A DNA stretch of 64,000 nt from NCBI GenBank assembly GCA_963664825.1, contig OY761614.1, forward strand, positions 64,001-128,000, read 5' to 3'. The notes below the pieces were generated by a model, which was not told the origin of the DNA, did no database searches, and worked only from the letters and a program-made list of their open reading frames with translations. Made by a program: the position numbers and the translations under genes. Position 1 is the first letter of the stretch. The number at the start of each line of letters is the position of its first letter. Positions 30,534 through 41,329 of the stretch are shown one piece after another. This DNA is from an uncultured Holophaga sp. Its GTDB lineage: Bacteria > Acidobacteriota > Holophagae > Holophagales > Holophagaceae.

Positions 30534-31340
30534 CTACGGCACGTTCCTCTGCATCCGCTCCATCCATTCGAGCATCTGGACCTCGGATTGCGGCCCCAGG
30601 CGGAGGGCTTCCTGGAAGTCCCTCACCGCTTCCACGGCTTCCCCCCGCTTGATCTGCACGAAGGCCCTGTCCCGGTAGGGAAGAGGATCCTCGGGGCTGA
30701 GCAGCGCCAAGTGGGTGGAGGTCCAGAGGGCTTCGTCCCAGGCCCGGTCGCGGAAATAGCGCGCATGGAGATTTCTCACCAGCCGCGCCAGGATCGCGCG
30801 GTGGGAGAGGGGTTCCAGCATGGCGGGTTCGAAGGAGCTCCGGCCTCCCGTGGCGCGCCTCACGAGGCGAGCCGCCTCTTCTTCGCCCACGGGCAGCCCA
30901 CCCTGGAAGGGATCGAAATAGAGCGCGCCCACGTCCAGTCGCAAGCCCGTGATGAAGTGCCCGGGCAGGCCCAGCCCGAAGGCATCGAAGCCGAGGCGCC
31001 GGGCCACATCGATCCACAGGATGGAAAGGGTGATGGGCAGGCCTCGTCTCTGGGCCAGCACCTTGGGTAGGACCGCGTTATCCGGATTATCAAATGTCTT
31101 CCGATCACCCTGCAGGCCCTGTTCTTCGAAGAGGTAGTGATTCAGGGCATCGATGGCGCCGTGGATGCTCCAGGGCAGCGGCATGCGCCCCACGAGTTCC
31201 AGGGTCCAGGCCTCCAGGATCCGATGAACGGGCCCGGGGTCTGTGTTCTCCAGGAGGGGCCCCACGGCGGCCACGGCCCCGCTAGCCAGATCCCGACATT
31301 CGGGATCCACCTGGAGGAAGGCCTGGAGGGAGGATGCCAT
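30534..31340 (-). CDS. SirB1-family transglutaminase-like/TPR protein
   Basis: VLAQRRGLPITLS, GLPGHF, YFDPF and a C-terminal TPR. Confidence 0.88.
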   Translation of the reverse strand: MASSLQAFLQVDPECRDLASGAVAAVGPLLENTDPGPVHRILEAWTLELVGRMPLPWSIHGAIDALNHYLFEEQGLQGDRKTFDNPDNAVLPKVLAQRRGLPITLSILWIDVARRLGFDAFGLGLPGHFITGLRLDVGALYFDPFQGGLPVGEEEAARLVRRATGGRSSFEPAMLEPLSHRAILARLVRNLHARYFRDRAWDEALWTSTHLALLSPEDPLPYRDRAFVQIKRGEAVEAVRDFQEALRLGPQSEVQMLEWMERMQRNVP

Positions 31341-31345
31341 GGGCT

Positions 31346-31879
31346 CTAGCCCCGGCGACGCAGCCAGCTCCGCAGCACGAGCGCCAGGAGCCCCATCCCG
31401 AGACCGATCCAGATCCATTTCTGCCATGCGTTCTGGGCCTTTTCCAGCTTGGCCTTCTCCTCGGCCTTGCGGATGTTCTCGGTGATGGAGAGCTTCTGCT
31501 GGACCTCCCGGGCATCCTTCACGGCCTGCTGGGCGGATTGTTTGGAAGCTTCCAGGTCCTTTTTAGCGGCCTGCTCGGCGGGATCGGAGGGTTCCTCCTG
31601 GGAGATGTAAGCTACGCGCTCCAGCCGGTGGGCGCGGCGGCCCATGCGCCTCCCCCGAGCCGGAGAGAGGCTGCCTTCCTCTTCGGCGCCCCCGGAGGTG
31701 CCCTGGTCCAGGCTATCGGTGAGGCCCTGGATATCCTCCCTCAGCCCCAGGATGTCCTGGTGCTGACGATGGAGCAGACGGCCCTGAACCCAGGCCAGGC
31801 CCAGCTGGGCGACCAGCAGGCCCACCACCACAGGACCAAACCAGGCATGGGGCCTCGATGACTGAAGATTTCCGTTCAT
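31346..31879 (-). CDS. Hypothetical membrane-anchored coiled-coil protein
   Basis: N- and C-terminal TM segments; start overlaps stop of the upstream phosphatase. Confidence 0.65.
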   Translation of the reverse strand: MNGNLQSSRPHAWFGPVVVGLLVAQLGLAWVQGRLLHRQHQDILGLREDIQGLTDSLDQGTSGGAEEEGSLSPARGRRMGRRAHRLERVAYISQEEPSDPAEQAAKKDLEASKQSAQQAVKDAREVQQKLSITENIRKAEEKAKLEKAQNAWQKWIWIGLGMGLLALVLRSWLRRRG

Positions 31880-34482
31880 AGCCCGTCCCGTCCAAGGATG
31901 AAGAGCGTGCGATCGTCCCGGTTCTGCCGTTCGAAGGCGGCCACGTCCTGGTACACGGCCTCGCAGGCCGCCCGGGCCGAACCCGTGGCCCGCATCCGGA
32001 GCAGCTGTTCCTCCAGGCGCTGGAGCCCGTAGAGTTCCCCCACTTGGTTCATGGCCTCGGTGAGGCCATCGCTGTACATCACGATCCATTCTCCGGGTCG
32101 AAGCGTGCCTTCCTGGATCTCCCAGGCTCCGTCGGAAGAGGGCCTCAGGCCCAGACCGCGTCCGACGCAGTTGAGCTCCTGGATATCCTCCCGGCGAGGT
32201 CCCCGCAGAACCAAGGCTGGCGGATGCCCCGCCCGGGCTATGCGATACCTGCCGGAATCGTCCCACTCCAGGAGGGCTAGGGTGAGGAAATCCCGGCGCC
32301 CCATGAGGTTCCGGAGCGTCTTATCCAGGGCGGGGAGGATCTGATCAAAGGATAGCTTCTCACTTTGGGTGGCAAACTTGAGCAGCGCCATGGCCTGGCT
32401 CATGTAGAGGGCCGCGGCGAGGCCCTTGCCGCTCACATCCCCCACGGCCGCGATCCACTTCCCCGAACTGCGGCGCTTGACCCAGAGCAGATCCCCCCCG
32501 GTCTCCAGGGCCGGTTCCAGCCTCAGGGCCAGCTGATAGCCCTCGATGGAGGGCGCATCGAAGGTGATCAGGCTCTCCTGGATCCTGCGGGCGGTCTGCA
32601 ACTCCAATTCCAGGCGCCCCTGGTCCAGGAGGCGCCGATGGAGGATGGTCGTCTCGATGATGGTCCCGGCGATCTGGGCCACCTCCCGGAGCAATTCCCG
32701 GTCCTCCCGGCCATAGTTCAATTCGGCGTACTTCCCGCCCAGGAGGATGACCGTGTGGGGCTCCTGGTTGGCCATGAGCAGCACCAGCACCTGGGCCCCC
32801 AGGGCATCCACATGGGCGCGCAGTTCGGGAGCCTGCTCGCGAATCCAATCGGATTCATCCCCACCCAGGCCCAGCACCAGTTCCAGATTCTCCCGGGCGT
32901 GGCGCAGCAGCTGGGGAGGCAGTTCCAGCTGCCGACCCCTCATCAGGCCTTCCTCCCCATCGGGAGCCTGGATGGAAGGCAACAGGATCGAATGGGCCTC
33001 CACCGGCAGCACCAGCAGCAGCTGGGGACGGAAAGCCTCCCGCAGGCTCTCCTTGAGCCCCGCCAGCAGGACATCCTCCGCCAGGCGCTTCCGGGTTTCC
33101 CGCAGGCTCCCGAGAATCAGCTCCCGAGCCTGGTTCAGGTCCCGGCGGAACGTGCGCCGCAGCGTCAGCAGTAGCCAGCGCAGGAGCCATCCGATGGGCA
33201 GGGCCGAGAGGCCCACCAGGGCCCCGATCCATCCCACGGGCACCACCTGGACCCCTTGGGCGAAGAGCCAGGCGAGGGCGGCCAGATAGGCCACCAGGGT
33301 GATCCCCAACACCGCGAAATAGGTGGCCCAGCGGATGAGCGCCCTTTGGACATCGAAAAAGCCGTGGCGCAGGATGGCGTAGGCGAAGGAAATCGGAAGC
33401 AGGGGCAGGGGCGCGAAGAAGATCCAACTCTCGCGCTGGAACATAAGGCTGTCCCCTGCGCGGGCCGCCAGCAGGGAATAGGCCAGCAGATCCAGGAGGA
33501 TCGCCGAGCTGAAGATCAGCGCTGAGAGCAGGGCCCAGCGCCGCCGCTCCTCCAGCTTGAAGGCCCCCACCCAGAAGAGGACCATGCCTGTGACCAGGGT
33601 GCTGGTGATGGCCCAATAGAACAGCGTATTGAGCAGGGGGAAGAACCAGCCGATCGGCGAGGTGCGGATGAGCTCGCCGATCAGGCTCGCCCCGAAGAGC
33701 ACAGCCGCCATCTGACGAATGAAGACCAGAAGCCCCAGACAGAGGAAGCTCCCGTAGAGCCCCGTGAGGAACGTGCGATTGATGCGCAGGGGAAAGGCGT
33801 GGGGGAAGCGGAGGAAGAAGTGCAGCCAGAGGGGGGGCGCCAAGGCCAGCACTAGCTGGGACACGAACAGGGTGGGCACCTGGATATAGACCGGTACATT
33901 CCCCGTGAAGCCCCGCACCGCAAGAGGCAATAGGAGCGCCATGAGGCCGAGGTAGTAGAAGTGGCGGGAAGTCTTCCGCTGGGGAGAGGAGACCACCACC
34001 AGCAGCCCCAGGGCCCAGGTGATGAGGCCCGAGAGGAGCACGATGAGGGGCGTGAGATGGAAGGGTTTGGTGACCCGCACCGGAAGCTGGAGGATGCGGT
34101 ATTCCTTTTTCCCGTAGTCGTAGCGGCGCACGACATAGATGAGGATCCGCCCTTCGGCCTGCTCGTTGACGAAGGCCTGGGTCTCCTCCACGAGGCGATC
34201 CGGATTGACCTTCTTCCCCTGGATGATCAGGAGTTCGTCCCCCTCCAGAAGTCCGGCCTCCTCGGCCACGCCCTCGGGCAGGATCTCCCGGATGAGCACC
34301 CGCTTGCGAACCACCTTCTTGCCGCTTTCCGGGCCCCGGTAGGTTTCCCTCACCCAGGTGCACTGGTCATCGGAGAAGGAGAAGACCCACTGGTTCAGGT
34401 AGAAGGAGCCCAGGGAAAGGACCAGAGCGATGACGCTGGTCCAGATCAACCGCCATCGGATGCGTCGGAGCGTGGGAGACAC
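31876..34482 (-). CDS. Membrane PP2C/SpoIIE phosphatase with PDZ and GAF-like domains (start uncertain)
   Basis: AEEAGLLEGDELL (PDZ), multiple TMs, TGGD, VGDVSGKG, YSDGLTE and DDRT motifs. Confidence 0.88.
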   Translation of the reverse strand: MSPTLRRIRWRLIWTSVIALVLSLGSFYLNQWVFSFSDDQCTWVRETYRGPESGKKVVRKRVLIREILPEGVAEEAGLLEGDELLIIQGKKVNPDRLVEETQAFVNEQAEGRILIYVVRRYDYGKKEYRILQLPVRVTKPFHLTPLIVLLSGLITWALGLLVVVSSPQRKTSRHFYYLGLMALLLPLAVRGFTGNVPVYIQVPTLFVSQLVLALAPPLWLHFFLRFPHAFPLRINRTFLTGLYGSFLCLGLLVFIRQMAAVLFGASLIGELIRTSPIGWFFPLLNTLFYWAITSTLVTGMVLFWVGAFKLEERRRWALLSALIFSSAILLDLLAYSLLAARAGDSLMFQRESWIFFAPLPLLPISFAYAILRHGFFDVQRALIRWATYFAVLGITLVAYLAALAWLFAQGVQVVPVGWIGALVGLSALPIGWLLRWLLLTLRRTFRRDLNQARELILGSLRETRKRLAEDVLLAGLKESLREAFRPQLLLVLPVEAHSILLPSIQAPDGEEGLMRGRQLELPPQLLRHARENLELVLGLGGDESDWIREQAPELRAHVDALGAQVLVLLMANQEPHTVILLGGKYAELNYGREDRELLREVAQIAGTIIETTILHRRLLDQGRLELELQTARRIQESLITFDAPSIEGYQLALRLEPALETGGDLLWVKRRSSGKWIAAVGDVSGKGLAAALYMSQAMALLKFATQSEKLSFDQILPALDKTLRNLMGRRDFLTLALLEWDDSGRYRIARAGHPPALVLRGPRREDIQELNCVGRGLGLRPSSDGAWEIQEGTLRPGEWIVMYSDGLTEAMNQVGELYGLQRLEEQLLRMRATGSARAACEAVYQDVAAFERQNRDDRTLFILGRDGL

Positions 34483-34511
34483 GGTAGCCTTGGAGGAACC
34501 TGGGGGGTGAT

Positions 34512-35231
34512 GTGAAAGAAAACAAGTCCTGGTGGATGCTGGTAGGGGGTGGCCGCCGCCTGGGACGGGCCCTAGCGGAAGGCTTGGCACTCGGACACAA
34601 CCTCGTGCTCACGAGTTCCCGGCCTTGGATGGACGAGGACCATTGGAAAACAAAGCTGTCAAAGGGAACCCAGGTGCGGACGTTGCGATGGGATGCGGCG
34701 GACCCGGACCTAGTTTCCCAGATGATGGCAGATATGGAGTGTCTCGGCGCAGAAGGGATTCGCTTCCAGAGCGCCGTCCTGGTGGCCGGGACCTTTCCGG
34801 AACAGCCCTTCGGCACCTGGACGCCCGCCTCCCTCCGGGACACCCTCGCCATGAACCTAGCCTTCCCCATGCTCGCCGCCCAGGCCCTCGCCCCCTGGAT
34901 CCAGGACCGGGGCAGCCTGCAAATCCTCCTGGATACCGCCATCCACCGGCCCATGCTGAAGCGACTCCCCTATTCCGCGGCCAAGGCAGGCCTTGCCGCC
35001 CTGGTGCCCGCCCTGGCCCGCCTCCTGGCGCCCCGGGTCCGGGTGGCGGGTCATGCCCTGGGCGTCCTGCTCCCGGACGAAGCCAGCGATGCGGAGGCCC
35101 TGGCAGGACGGAACCTCCTCAAGCAGAACGGGTGCCCCGAGGATTTGCTGCGGGCCCTGCGGTATGTGGCCGAAAGCCCCTATCTCACGGGGGAGATCCT
35201 GACCTTGGATGGAGGCAGACGGTGGAACTAG
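34512..35231 (+). CDS. SDR oxidoreductase, pteridine reductase/FolM-like
   Basis: GGGRRLG, YSAAK and TGEILTLDGG motifs. Confidence 0.8.
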   Translation: MKENKSWWMLVGGGRRLGRALAEGLALGHNLVLTSSRPWMDEDHWKTKLSKGTQVRTLRWDAADPDLVSQMMADMECLGAEGIRFQSAVLVAGTFPEQPFGTWTPASLRDTLAMNLAFPMLAAQALAPWIQDRGSLQILLDTAIHRPMLKRLPYSAAKAGLAALVPALARLLAPRVRVAGHALGVLLPDEASDAEALAGRNLLKQNGCPEDLLRALRYVAESPYLTGEILTLDGGRRWN

Positions 35232-35899
35232 GGAAGTTTAAAGTTAATGAAATATTTTTCAGTCTTCAGGGAGAAGGCTCCCGGGCGGGTCGCCCCTGCC
35301 TCTTCATCCGTCTCACGGGCTGTCCGCTCCGCTGCGCCTACTGCGACACGACCTATGCCTACGAGGAAGGCACCTTCATGAAGGAGGATGAGATCCTGCT
35401 TGAAGTGCAGCGGCGCCTGGGCCCTCCCGGGAAAGGCCCCAACGCGCCCTTCGTGGAGATCACAGGAGGCGAGCCCCTGGCCCATCCTGGCACGCCCGAA
35501 CTGCTGCGCGCCCTACTGGGACTAGGCTTCGAGGTAGCCCTGGAGACCGCGGGCAGCCACGATATCTCCCGGGTCCCCCGGGAGGTCGTCAAGATCCTGG
35601 ACCGCAAGACCCCGGATAGCGGCGAAAGCGCGCGCTGGCTGGAATCCAACCTGGAGCACCTAGTGCCAGGCCAGGACGAGCTCAAGTTCGTGCTGGCCAG
35701 CCAGGCCGACTACGCCTGGTCCCGGGCCTGGTGCGAGGAACGGCACCTCTTCGATCGCTTCGATCTCCTCTTCAGCCCCGTCTGGGGCAAGCTGGATATC
35801 CGCTGGCTCGCCGAGCGCATCATCGCCGACCAGCTGCCCGTGCGCTACCAGCTCCAGCTGCACAAGATCGTCTGGGGACCGGACCAGAAAGGCGTCTAA
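35222..35899 (+). CDS. queE: 7-carboxy-7-deazaguanine synthase (radical SAM)
   Basis: EIFFSLQGEG, RLTGCPLRCAYCDT, TGGEP and QLHK motifs; GGAGG before GTG 35222. Confidence 0.92.
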   Translation: MELGKFKVNEIFFSLQGEGSRAGRPCLFIRLTGCPLRCAYCDTTYAYEEGTFMKEDEILLEVQRRLGPPGKGPNAPFVEITGGEPLAHPGTPELLRALLGLGFEVALETAGSHDISRVPREVVKILDRKTPDSGESARWLESNLEHLVPGQDELKFVLASQADYAWSRAWCEERHLFDRFDLLFSPVWGKLDIRWLAERIIADQLPVRYQLQLHKIVWGPDQKGV

Positions 35900-35902
35900 G
35901 GG

Positions 35903-37021
35903 TCATAACGTCCGATCCAGGGGCAGCGTGAAGGAAAACGTGCTGCCCCTGGATATTTGGCTATCCACGCTGATATGGCCGCCATGCGCGTCGACGGCCA
36001 TCTTCGCGAAAGCGAGCCCCAGGCCCGCGCCCGATTTCCGCAGGGGTCCTTCCAATTGGGCGAATTTTTCGAAGATTCGTTCCTGAAGCGCGGCTTCGAT
36101 CCCAGGTCCGTTATCGGAAACAGAAACGCAAGCGAATCGGTCATTCCGGCTGATGTGGACGGAGACCTCGCCATCCGACGGTGTAAATTTGAGGGCATTG
36201 CCCACCAGGTTGGCAATCACGCGACGGACCACATCCGCGTCACAAACCACGGTTACGGGCTCAAGACACGAAAGGCTCACGTGCTTGTGTCCCGTCAGGG
36301 GCCTCAGCGCATCCAGCACATGGCGTGCGATGGATGCGAGATCCGACATTTCAAGCTGAAGCTTCATCTGCCCCGCATCCATGCGGCTCACATCCAGCAT
36401 TTGGGAAACCATGTCGGAAAGCAAATCGACGCTACCGCGAGCATTCGAGACCAGTTTACAACATGCAGCATCCTGTTCGGACGTCTTCATCTGGACCATC
36501 TCAAGGTTCAACTGAAGGACCGCCAGCGGGGAACGCATGTCGTGAACGATCATGTGCGTCAGGCTGTCTCTCATGGATTCCAGGTGTCGCAGCCGTTCCA
36601 GGCTGGCTTCCAGTTCGCGCTTCTGACGACACAACTCCAGGTGCGTTTTCACGCGGGCCAAGACCTCGTCGAATTGGAAGGGCTTGCTGACGTAGTCCAC
36701 GCCGCCGACCTGAAAAGCGAGGGTCTTGTCTTCAGGACCGCTCAGGGCGCTGATGAAGAGCACTGGGATTTCCGCAAACGCCGGGTTGGCCTTCAAGCGG
36801 CGGCACACTTCATATCCATCCAGCTCGGGCATCGTGATATCGAGCAGGATCAGGTTCGGCAGTTCGGCCTGGACGGCCCGAAGGGCAAGTTCTCCGCTGT
36901 TGACGGGTCGCACTCGGTATCCGTGGCCTTTCAGCATGCCCGCGAGCAGTTGCAGATTGGCCGGTGTGTCGTCTACGACCAGGATATTGGCTGGGGGAGA
37001 TGGAGGAAGGGCGTCGTTCAT
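35903..37021 (-). CDS. Hybrid response regulator-histidine kinase (REC-HisKA-HATPase)
   Basis: ILVVDD, LLDITMP, HDMRSP, NALKF, DNGPGI and GAGLGL motifs. Confidence 0.92.
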   Translation of the reverse strand: MNDALPPSPPANILVVDDTPANLQLLAGMLKGHGYRVRPVNSGELALRAVQAELPNLILLDITMPELDGYEVCRRLKANPAFAEIPVLFISALSGPEDKTLAFQVGGVDYVSKPFQFDEVLARVKTHLELCRQKRELEASLERLRHLESMRDSLTHMIVHDMRSPLAVLQLNLEMVQMKTSEQDAACCKLVSNARGSVDLLSDMVSQMLDVSRMDAGQMKLQLEMSDLASIARHVLDALRPLTGHKHVSLSCLEPVTVVCDADVVRRVIANLVGNALKFTPSDGEVSVHISRNDRFACVSVSDNGPGIEAALQERIFEKFAQLEGPLRKSGAGLGLAFAKMAVDAHGGHISVDSQISRGSTFSFTLPLDRTL

Positions 37022-37385
37022 GGCGTTTCCTTTGATCCGGGCTTTGGCAGCATCATCGAGATCCGTTCCCAATTGAACTCCCCAGCATATTGCCGCATCC
37101 GGCTGGCCGTTTCGGGCGCTGTTGAACTCAACGCTTCGATGAGGGCGAGGATGTTGTCCAGGTTGGCGGCATTCAGCGCTTCCCGAAGGGGCTGGACGAA
37201 GGCCTCGGGAACGTCGAATTCCACAGGGGGTGGGGCGATGGCTTGCAGCTTGGGAGCCTCATAGTCGTACCGAATGCCCAGCGCGATGTGTAGGATTTCC
37301 AGAAGATCCTTTTCTCTGAAAGGCTTTCCAAGAAAGAAGTCCACGCCGGCCATCGGTTCGCTGGCTACCCGGATAACGCTGGCGG

Positions 37386-38843
37386 GCCCGTGTCCCGTCA
37401 AGTGGTGTAGGAAGGTCGGCGCAGCCGATTCCGTAAGGTTGTCAAAGTTCTGTTGCTGATTGTCAGGCTGTGGGCGGTGTGGAAAGGCCGAAGGGCTTTC
37501 CAAGGGGCGGTGGGCAACCGCAGGTTGTCCATGGCCCCGGCACCGTCCATGGCCGGGTCAGGGGGGGCGTTTGAGCCCATCTTGTTTCATGCATCCATCC
37601 GGATGTAGGCGATGCGGGCGCTGACCCACTCGGCATGCTGATCGAGGAGTAAGCTCCCGAGCAGGCGCAACACCGCGGCCCGATTGGGGAAGATCCCCAC
37701 CACATCGGAACGGCGGCGCAGTTCGCGATTCTCCCGTTCCAGGACGTTCGTGGAGTGGATCTTTCGCCAGTGGGCCTTCGGGAAGTCCATGAAGGCGGTG
37801 ACGTCCTCCACGGCCTCATCCAGCAGGGCTGCGAACCCTGGGTGCTTGCGCTCGGTGTCCCGCGCCAGGGCCGCGATCAGGGCCTGGGCCTCCTCCTTGG
37901 TGGGGGCCTGGAAAACCCGCTTGAGGCGATCCAGCATCTGCTCCTGAACGGACTTCGGTAACCGTACGGCAGCGTTGCGCATGAAATGGACGCGGCATCG
38001 CTGCCAGGTGACCCCATTCAGCACCTTCCTGACGGCGGCTTTCAGCCCGGCGTGAGAATCCGAGATGACCAGATCTACACCCGCGAGACCGCGCTGCACA
38101 AGGCTTTCCAGGAATGCTGACCAGGCGCTCTCCATCTCGCCTTCAGCCACGGTCAGCCCCAGCACCTCGCGTTTACCCTCCGCATTCACGGCCATGGCCA
38201 CCATCACCGCCAGCCCTACCACGCGCCCGCCTTCCCGAACCTTCGGATAGAGGGCGTCCAGCCAGAGGTAGCGGAAAGAACCTTCCAGCGGGCGGTTCCG
38301 GAACGCCTCCACCTCCGCATCCAACTCCTGCGCCAGCCGGGAGACCTCGGACTTCGACATCCCCCGGCAGCCTAGGGCCTCCACCAACGCCTCGACCTTT
38401 CGCGTGCTCACGCCCGCGACGTAGGCCTCTGCCGCCACGTTCACGAAGGCCTGTTCCCACCGACGGCGCGGCTCCAGGAAGTTCGGGAAGTAGCTGCCCT
38501 GCCGGAGCTTTGGGATGGCCAGCGGCAGCGTGCCCAGCCGCGTTTCCAGTTCCCGGTCGCGGTAGCCGTTTCGGTGGTTCTCCCGTGACGGCGTCCGCTC
38601 CCCAGGGCCCGCTTGGCAGAGCCCCGAAACGTCGGACTCCATCACCGCCTCCAGCCCCATCAGCAGCACACGCCGCAGGAAATCACCGTTCCCCTCCTCC
38701 AAAACCTTGCTCAGGGCTTCCAGCCCAGACACCCTATTGATGGCCATCGGTCTCTCCGTTCGGTAAGTTCGCAAACCTCACCTTACGGAACCGGTGGCCA
38801 CCTCTCACTGAACCACTGCTACACCACTTGATGGGACTCTATC
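37386..38843 (-). mobile_element. IS256-family insertion sequence (1458 bp)
   Basis: Imperfect IRs GATAGAGTCCCATCAAGTGGTGTAG / GCCCGTGTCCCGTCAAGTGGTGTAG; 9-bp TSD CGCTGGCGG at 37377-37385 and 38844-38852. Confidence 0.93.
37587..38747 (-). CDS. IS256-family (mutator) transposase
   Basis: [30 protein letters not shown] and STNVLER motifs. Confidence 0.95.
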   Translation of the reverse strand: MAINRVSGLEALSKVLEEGNGDFLRRVLLMGLEAVMESDVSGLCQAGPGERTPSRENHRNGYRDRELETRLGTLPLAIPKLRQGSYFPNFLEPRRRWEQAFVNVAAEAYVAGVSTRKVEALVEALGCRGMSKSEVSRLAQELDAEVEAFRNRPLEGSFRYLWLDALYPKVREGGRVVGLAVMVAMAVNAEGKREVLGLTVAEGEMESAWSAFLESLVQRGLAGVDLVISDSHAGLKAAVRKVLNGVTWQRCRVHFMRNAAVRLPKSVQEQMLDRLKRVFQAPTKEEAQALIAALARDTERKHPGFAALLDEAVEDVTAFMDFPKAHWRKIHSTNVLERENRELRRRSDVVGIFPNRAAVLRLLGSLLLDQHAEWVSARIAYIRMDA

Positions 38844-39999
38844 CGCTGGCGGAGAGGCCGATGATTTTGGTGTGGCCCGTCGCGTCAATCAATCGAATGC
38901 GGCGGGTGGCCTCCACGCCATCCATTCCGGGCATCCGCATATCCATCAGCACGGCATCCGGCGCCTGGGCTTCGAAGGCCTGGATCGCCTCCAGGCCATT
39001 GGTGGCTTCCTGGACTTCGAAACCTAGAGATCCCAGCAGTTCAACCAAAAGGCGCCGATTGTCTTCCTGATCATCGACGACCAGGATCTTGCATGGCGGC
39101 TGATCTGCGGAAAGCCGAAGCACCCGACCAACGCTCAGGTCATCCTGGGGCGCCTGATCGTCTGAAGCACCCACTTGCAGCCTTACCGTGAAAACGGCTC
39201 CCCTGCCGACTTCGCTGCGCACGGTGATGTCTCCGTCCATCATCCTGGCAAATTCCCGGCTGATGGCCAAGCCCAATCCTGTGCCTGTTCCGTGTCGAAT
39301 GCCGATTTCGGTCTGCCGGAAGGCTTGGAACAAGCTTTCCATATCCGAGGCCGCGATGCCGGGGCCGGAATCTTCGACCTCGGCCTGGAGCAGCCATGCG
39401 TTCTCGTCGGTGGACAGGAGATTGAACCTGAAGGCGATGAATCCGTTCAGCGTGAACTTCAAGGAGTTGCCCAGAAGATTGACGAAGATCTGGCGGATCT
39501 TGCTTTCGTCTCCGATCACGCGATCAGGAATACTGCTGGGCATTTCGATCTTCAGGACCAGCCCCTTCGCATCCGCCCGTGTCTGGAACATGGCTTGGAG
39601 ATCCCGAACCATCACCGCCAGAGAGAAGGGAGCTGGCTTTAGCACCATTCGCTGGGCTTCGATCTTGGACATCTCGAGCACATCGTTGAGGAGATCGAGC
39701 AGGTGCGCACCGTTCCGATCGATGGTCTGAAGGCGTTCGTGCTGAAGCTCAGTCAGTTGAGGGTCTCGCAGCATCAGTTGCGCGAAGCCCAGGATCGCGT
39801 TCATGGGGGTCCGGATCTCGTGCGACATGTTGGCCAGGAACGCACTTTTCGCGCGGTTGGCCATTTCCGCCTGGGCCTTCGCAGCCTGGATCTCGGCCAG
39901 TCGCTTGTGTTCGGTGATATCGAGGCAGGTGCCCTCGAAATACAAGAGTTCCCCCGAATCGTTATTGACGACCCTTCCGTTGAGCAGGACCCAAAAAAG

Positions 40000-41329
40000 G
40001 GTTCTTCGCGGATTTGCGTGAAGTAGGTCGGCAGTGGCGGATTTCAGGCATCTTGGGTTTGTCGAGAACTCGAGATGAAGGAGGCCGCCACTGCCTACCA
40101 AAGAGCTTATGTCCCGCTTGGGCGGGTGGAAAGGGCAACGCGTCGGAATCGTGGAGCGCTTCGAAGCCGGGGTGAAGGGGCCGCGGGCCGAGGTGTGGAT
40201 CGAGTTGCTTGGGTTCGGCGATCATCCCCGGAAGTGCAGCGGTTGTGGGCATTTCGTGCGGAGCGTCCACGACTGGTCAGAGCGGGAGATCCGCGACCTT
40301 CCGCTGTTCGACGCCGACACAGTCCTAGTGGTGTGGCGGGCTCGAGTAGCCTGCCCCCGGTGCGGCCCGAAGCTGGAAGCCCTGGACTGGTTGGAGCCCC
40401 ATGCCCGGATCACGAACCGGCTTGCCGCGAGCGTGGCGCGGCTTTGCAAGGTCATGCCCATCAAACAGGTCGCGGAGCACTATGACCTGCACTGGGGCAC
40501 GGTGAAGGCGATCGACAAGGCTTACCTGGACCGAGAACTTGGGCCCGTGAAGCTGAGCAAGGCGAGGCTTCTTCTGATGGACGAATTCGCCATCCACAAG
40601 GGACAGAGCTATGCCACGGTCATCACGGATGCGGAAACGCGTCGCGTGCTCTGGGTCGGGAAAGGGCGTGGCCGCGAGGACATCCGCCCGTTCTTCGATC
40701 TGATCGGGAAGAAGGGCTGCAAACGGATCCAGGCCGTGGGCATAGACATGTCGGCGGCCTTCGAAGGCGAAGTCCGGGCGCGCTGTCCCAACGCCGAGAT
40801 CGTCTACGACCAGTTTCATGTCGTGGCAAAGTACGGCCATGACGTCATCGACCGGATCCGGGTGGATGAGGCCAATCGATACCGGCACGACAAGGCCTCG
40901 CGGGAGCTCGTCAAGGGCGCGAAGTGGCTCCTGCTGGGCAATTGGGAGAACCTGCCGAATCGGGATGCCAAAGTCCGCCTCAACGAGTTATTGGACGCGA
41001 ACCAGCCTCTGATGACCGCCTACGTGCTGAAAGACGCCCTGAAGGCACTGTGGCGCTACACGCGGGAGGGCTGGGCTCTGAAGGCCTGGGAGAACTGGAT
41101 GGAACTCGCCACCTCAAGTGGACTCCAGCCCCTCGTGAAGTTCGCCAAGAATCTCGCCCAGCGGATCGACGGAATCCTCTCCCATTGCCGCTGGCCGCTC
41201 AATACCAGCGTCCAGGAAGGGATCAACAACAAGATCAAAGTCCTCAAGCGCATCGCCTACGGCTACCGGGATGAGGGCTACTTCTTCCTTAAGATCCGTG
41301 CGGCCTTCCCCGGAAAAACGTGAAGAACC
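40000..41329 (+). mobile_element. ISL3-family insertion sequence, copy 2 (1330 bp)
   Basis: Same ends and transposase as copy 1; flanks caaaaaag / taaaaaag. Confidence 0.95.
40109..41323 (+). CDS. ISL3-family transposase
   Basis: Translation identical to 1597-2811. Confidence 0.95.
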   Translation: MSRLGGWKGQRVGIVERFEAGVKGPRAEVWIELLGFGDHPRKCSGCGHFVRSVHDWSEREIRDLPLFDADTVLVVWRARVACPRCGPKLEALDWLEPHARITNRLAASVARLCKVMPIKQVAEHYDLHWGTVKAIDKAYLDRELGPVKLSKARLLLMDEFAIHKGQSYATVITDAETRRVLWVGKGRGREDIRPFFDLIGKKGCKRIQAVGIDMSAAFEGEVRARCPNAEIVYDQFHVVAKYGHDVIDRIRVDEANRYRHDKASRELVKGAKWLLLGNWENLPNRDAKVRLNELLDANQPLMTAYVLKDALKALWRYTREGWALKAWENWMELATSSGLQPLVKFAKNLAQRIDGILSHCRWPLNTSVQEGINNKIKVLKRIAYGYRDEGYFFLKIRAAFPGKT

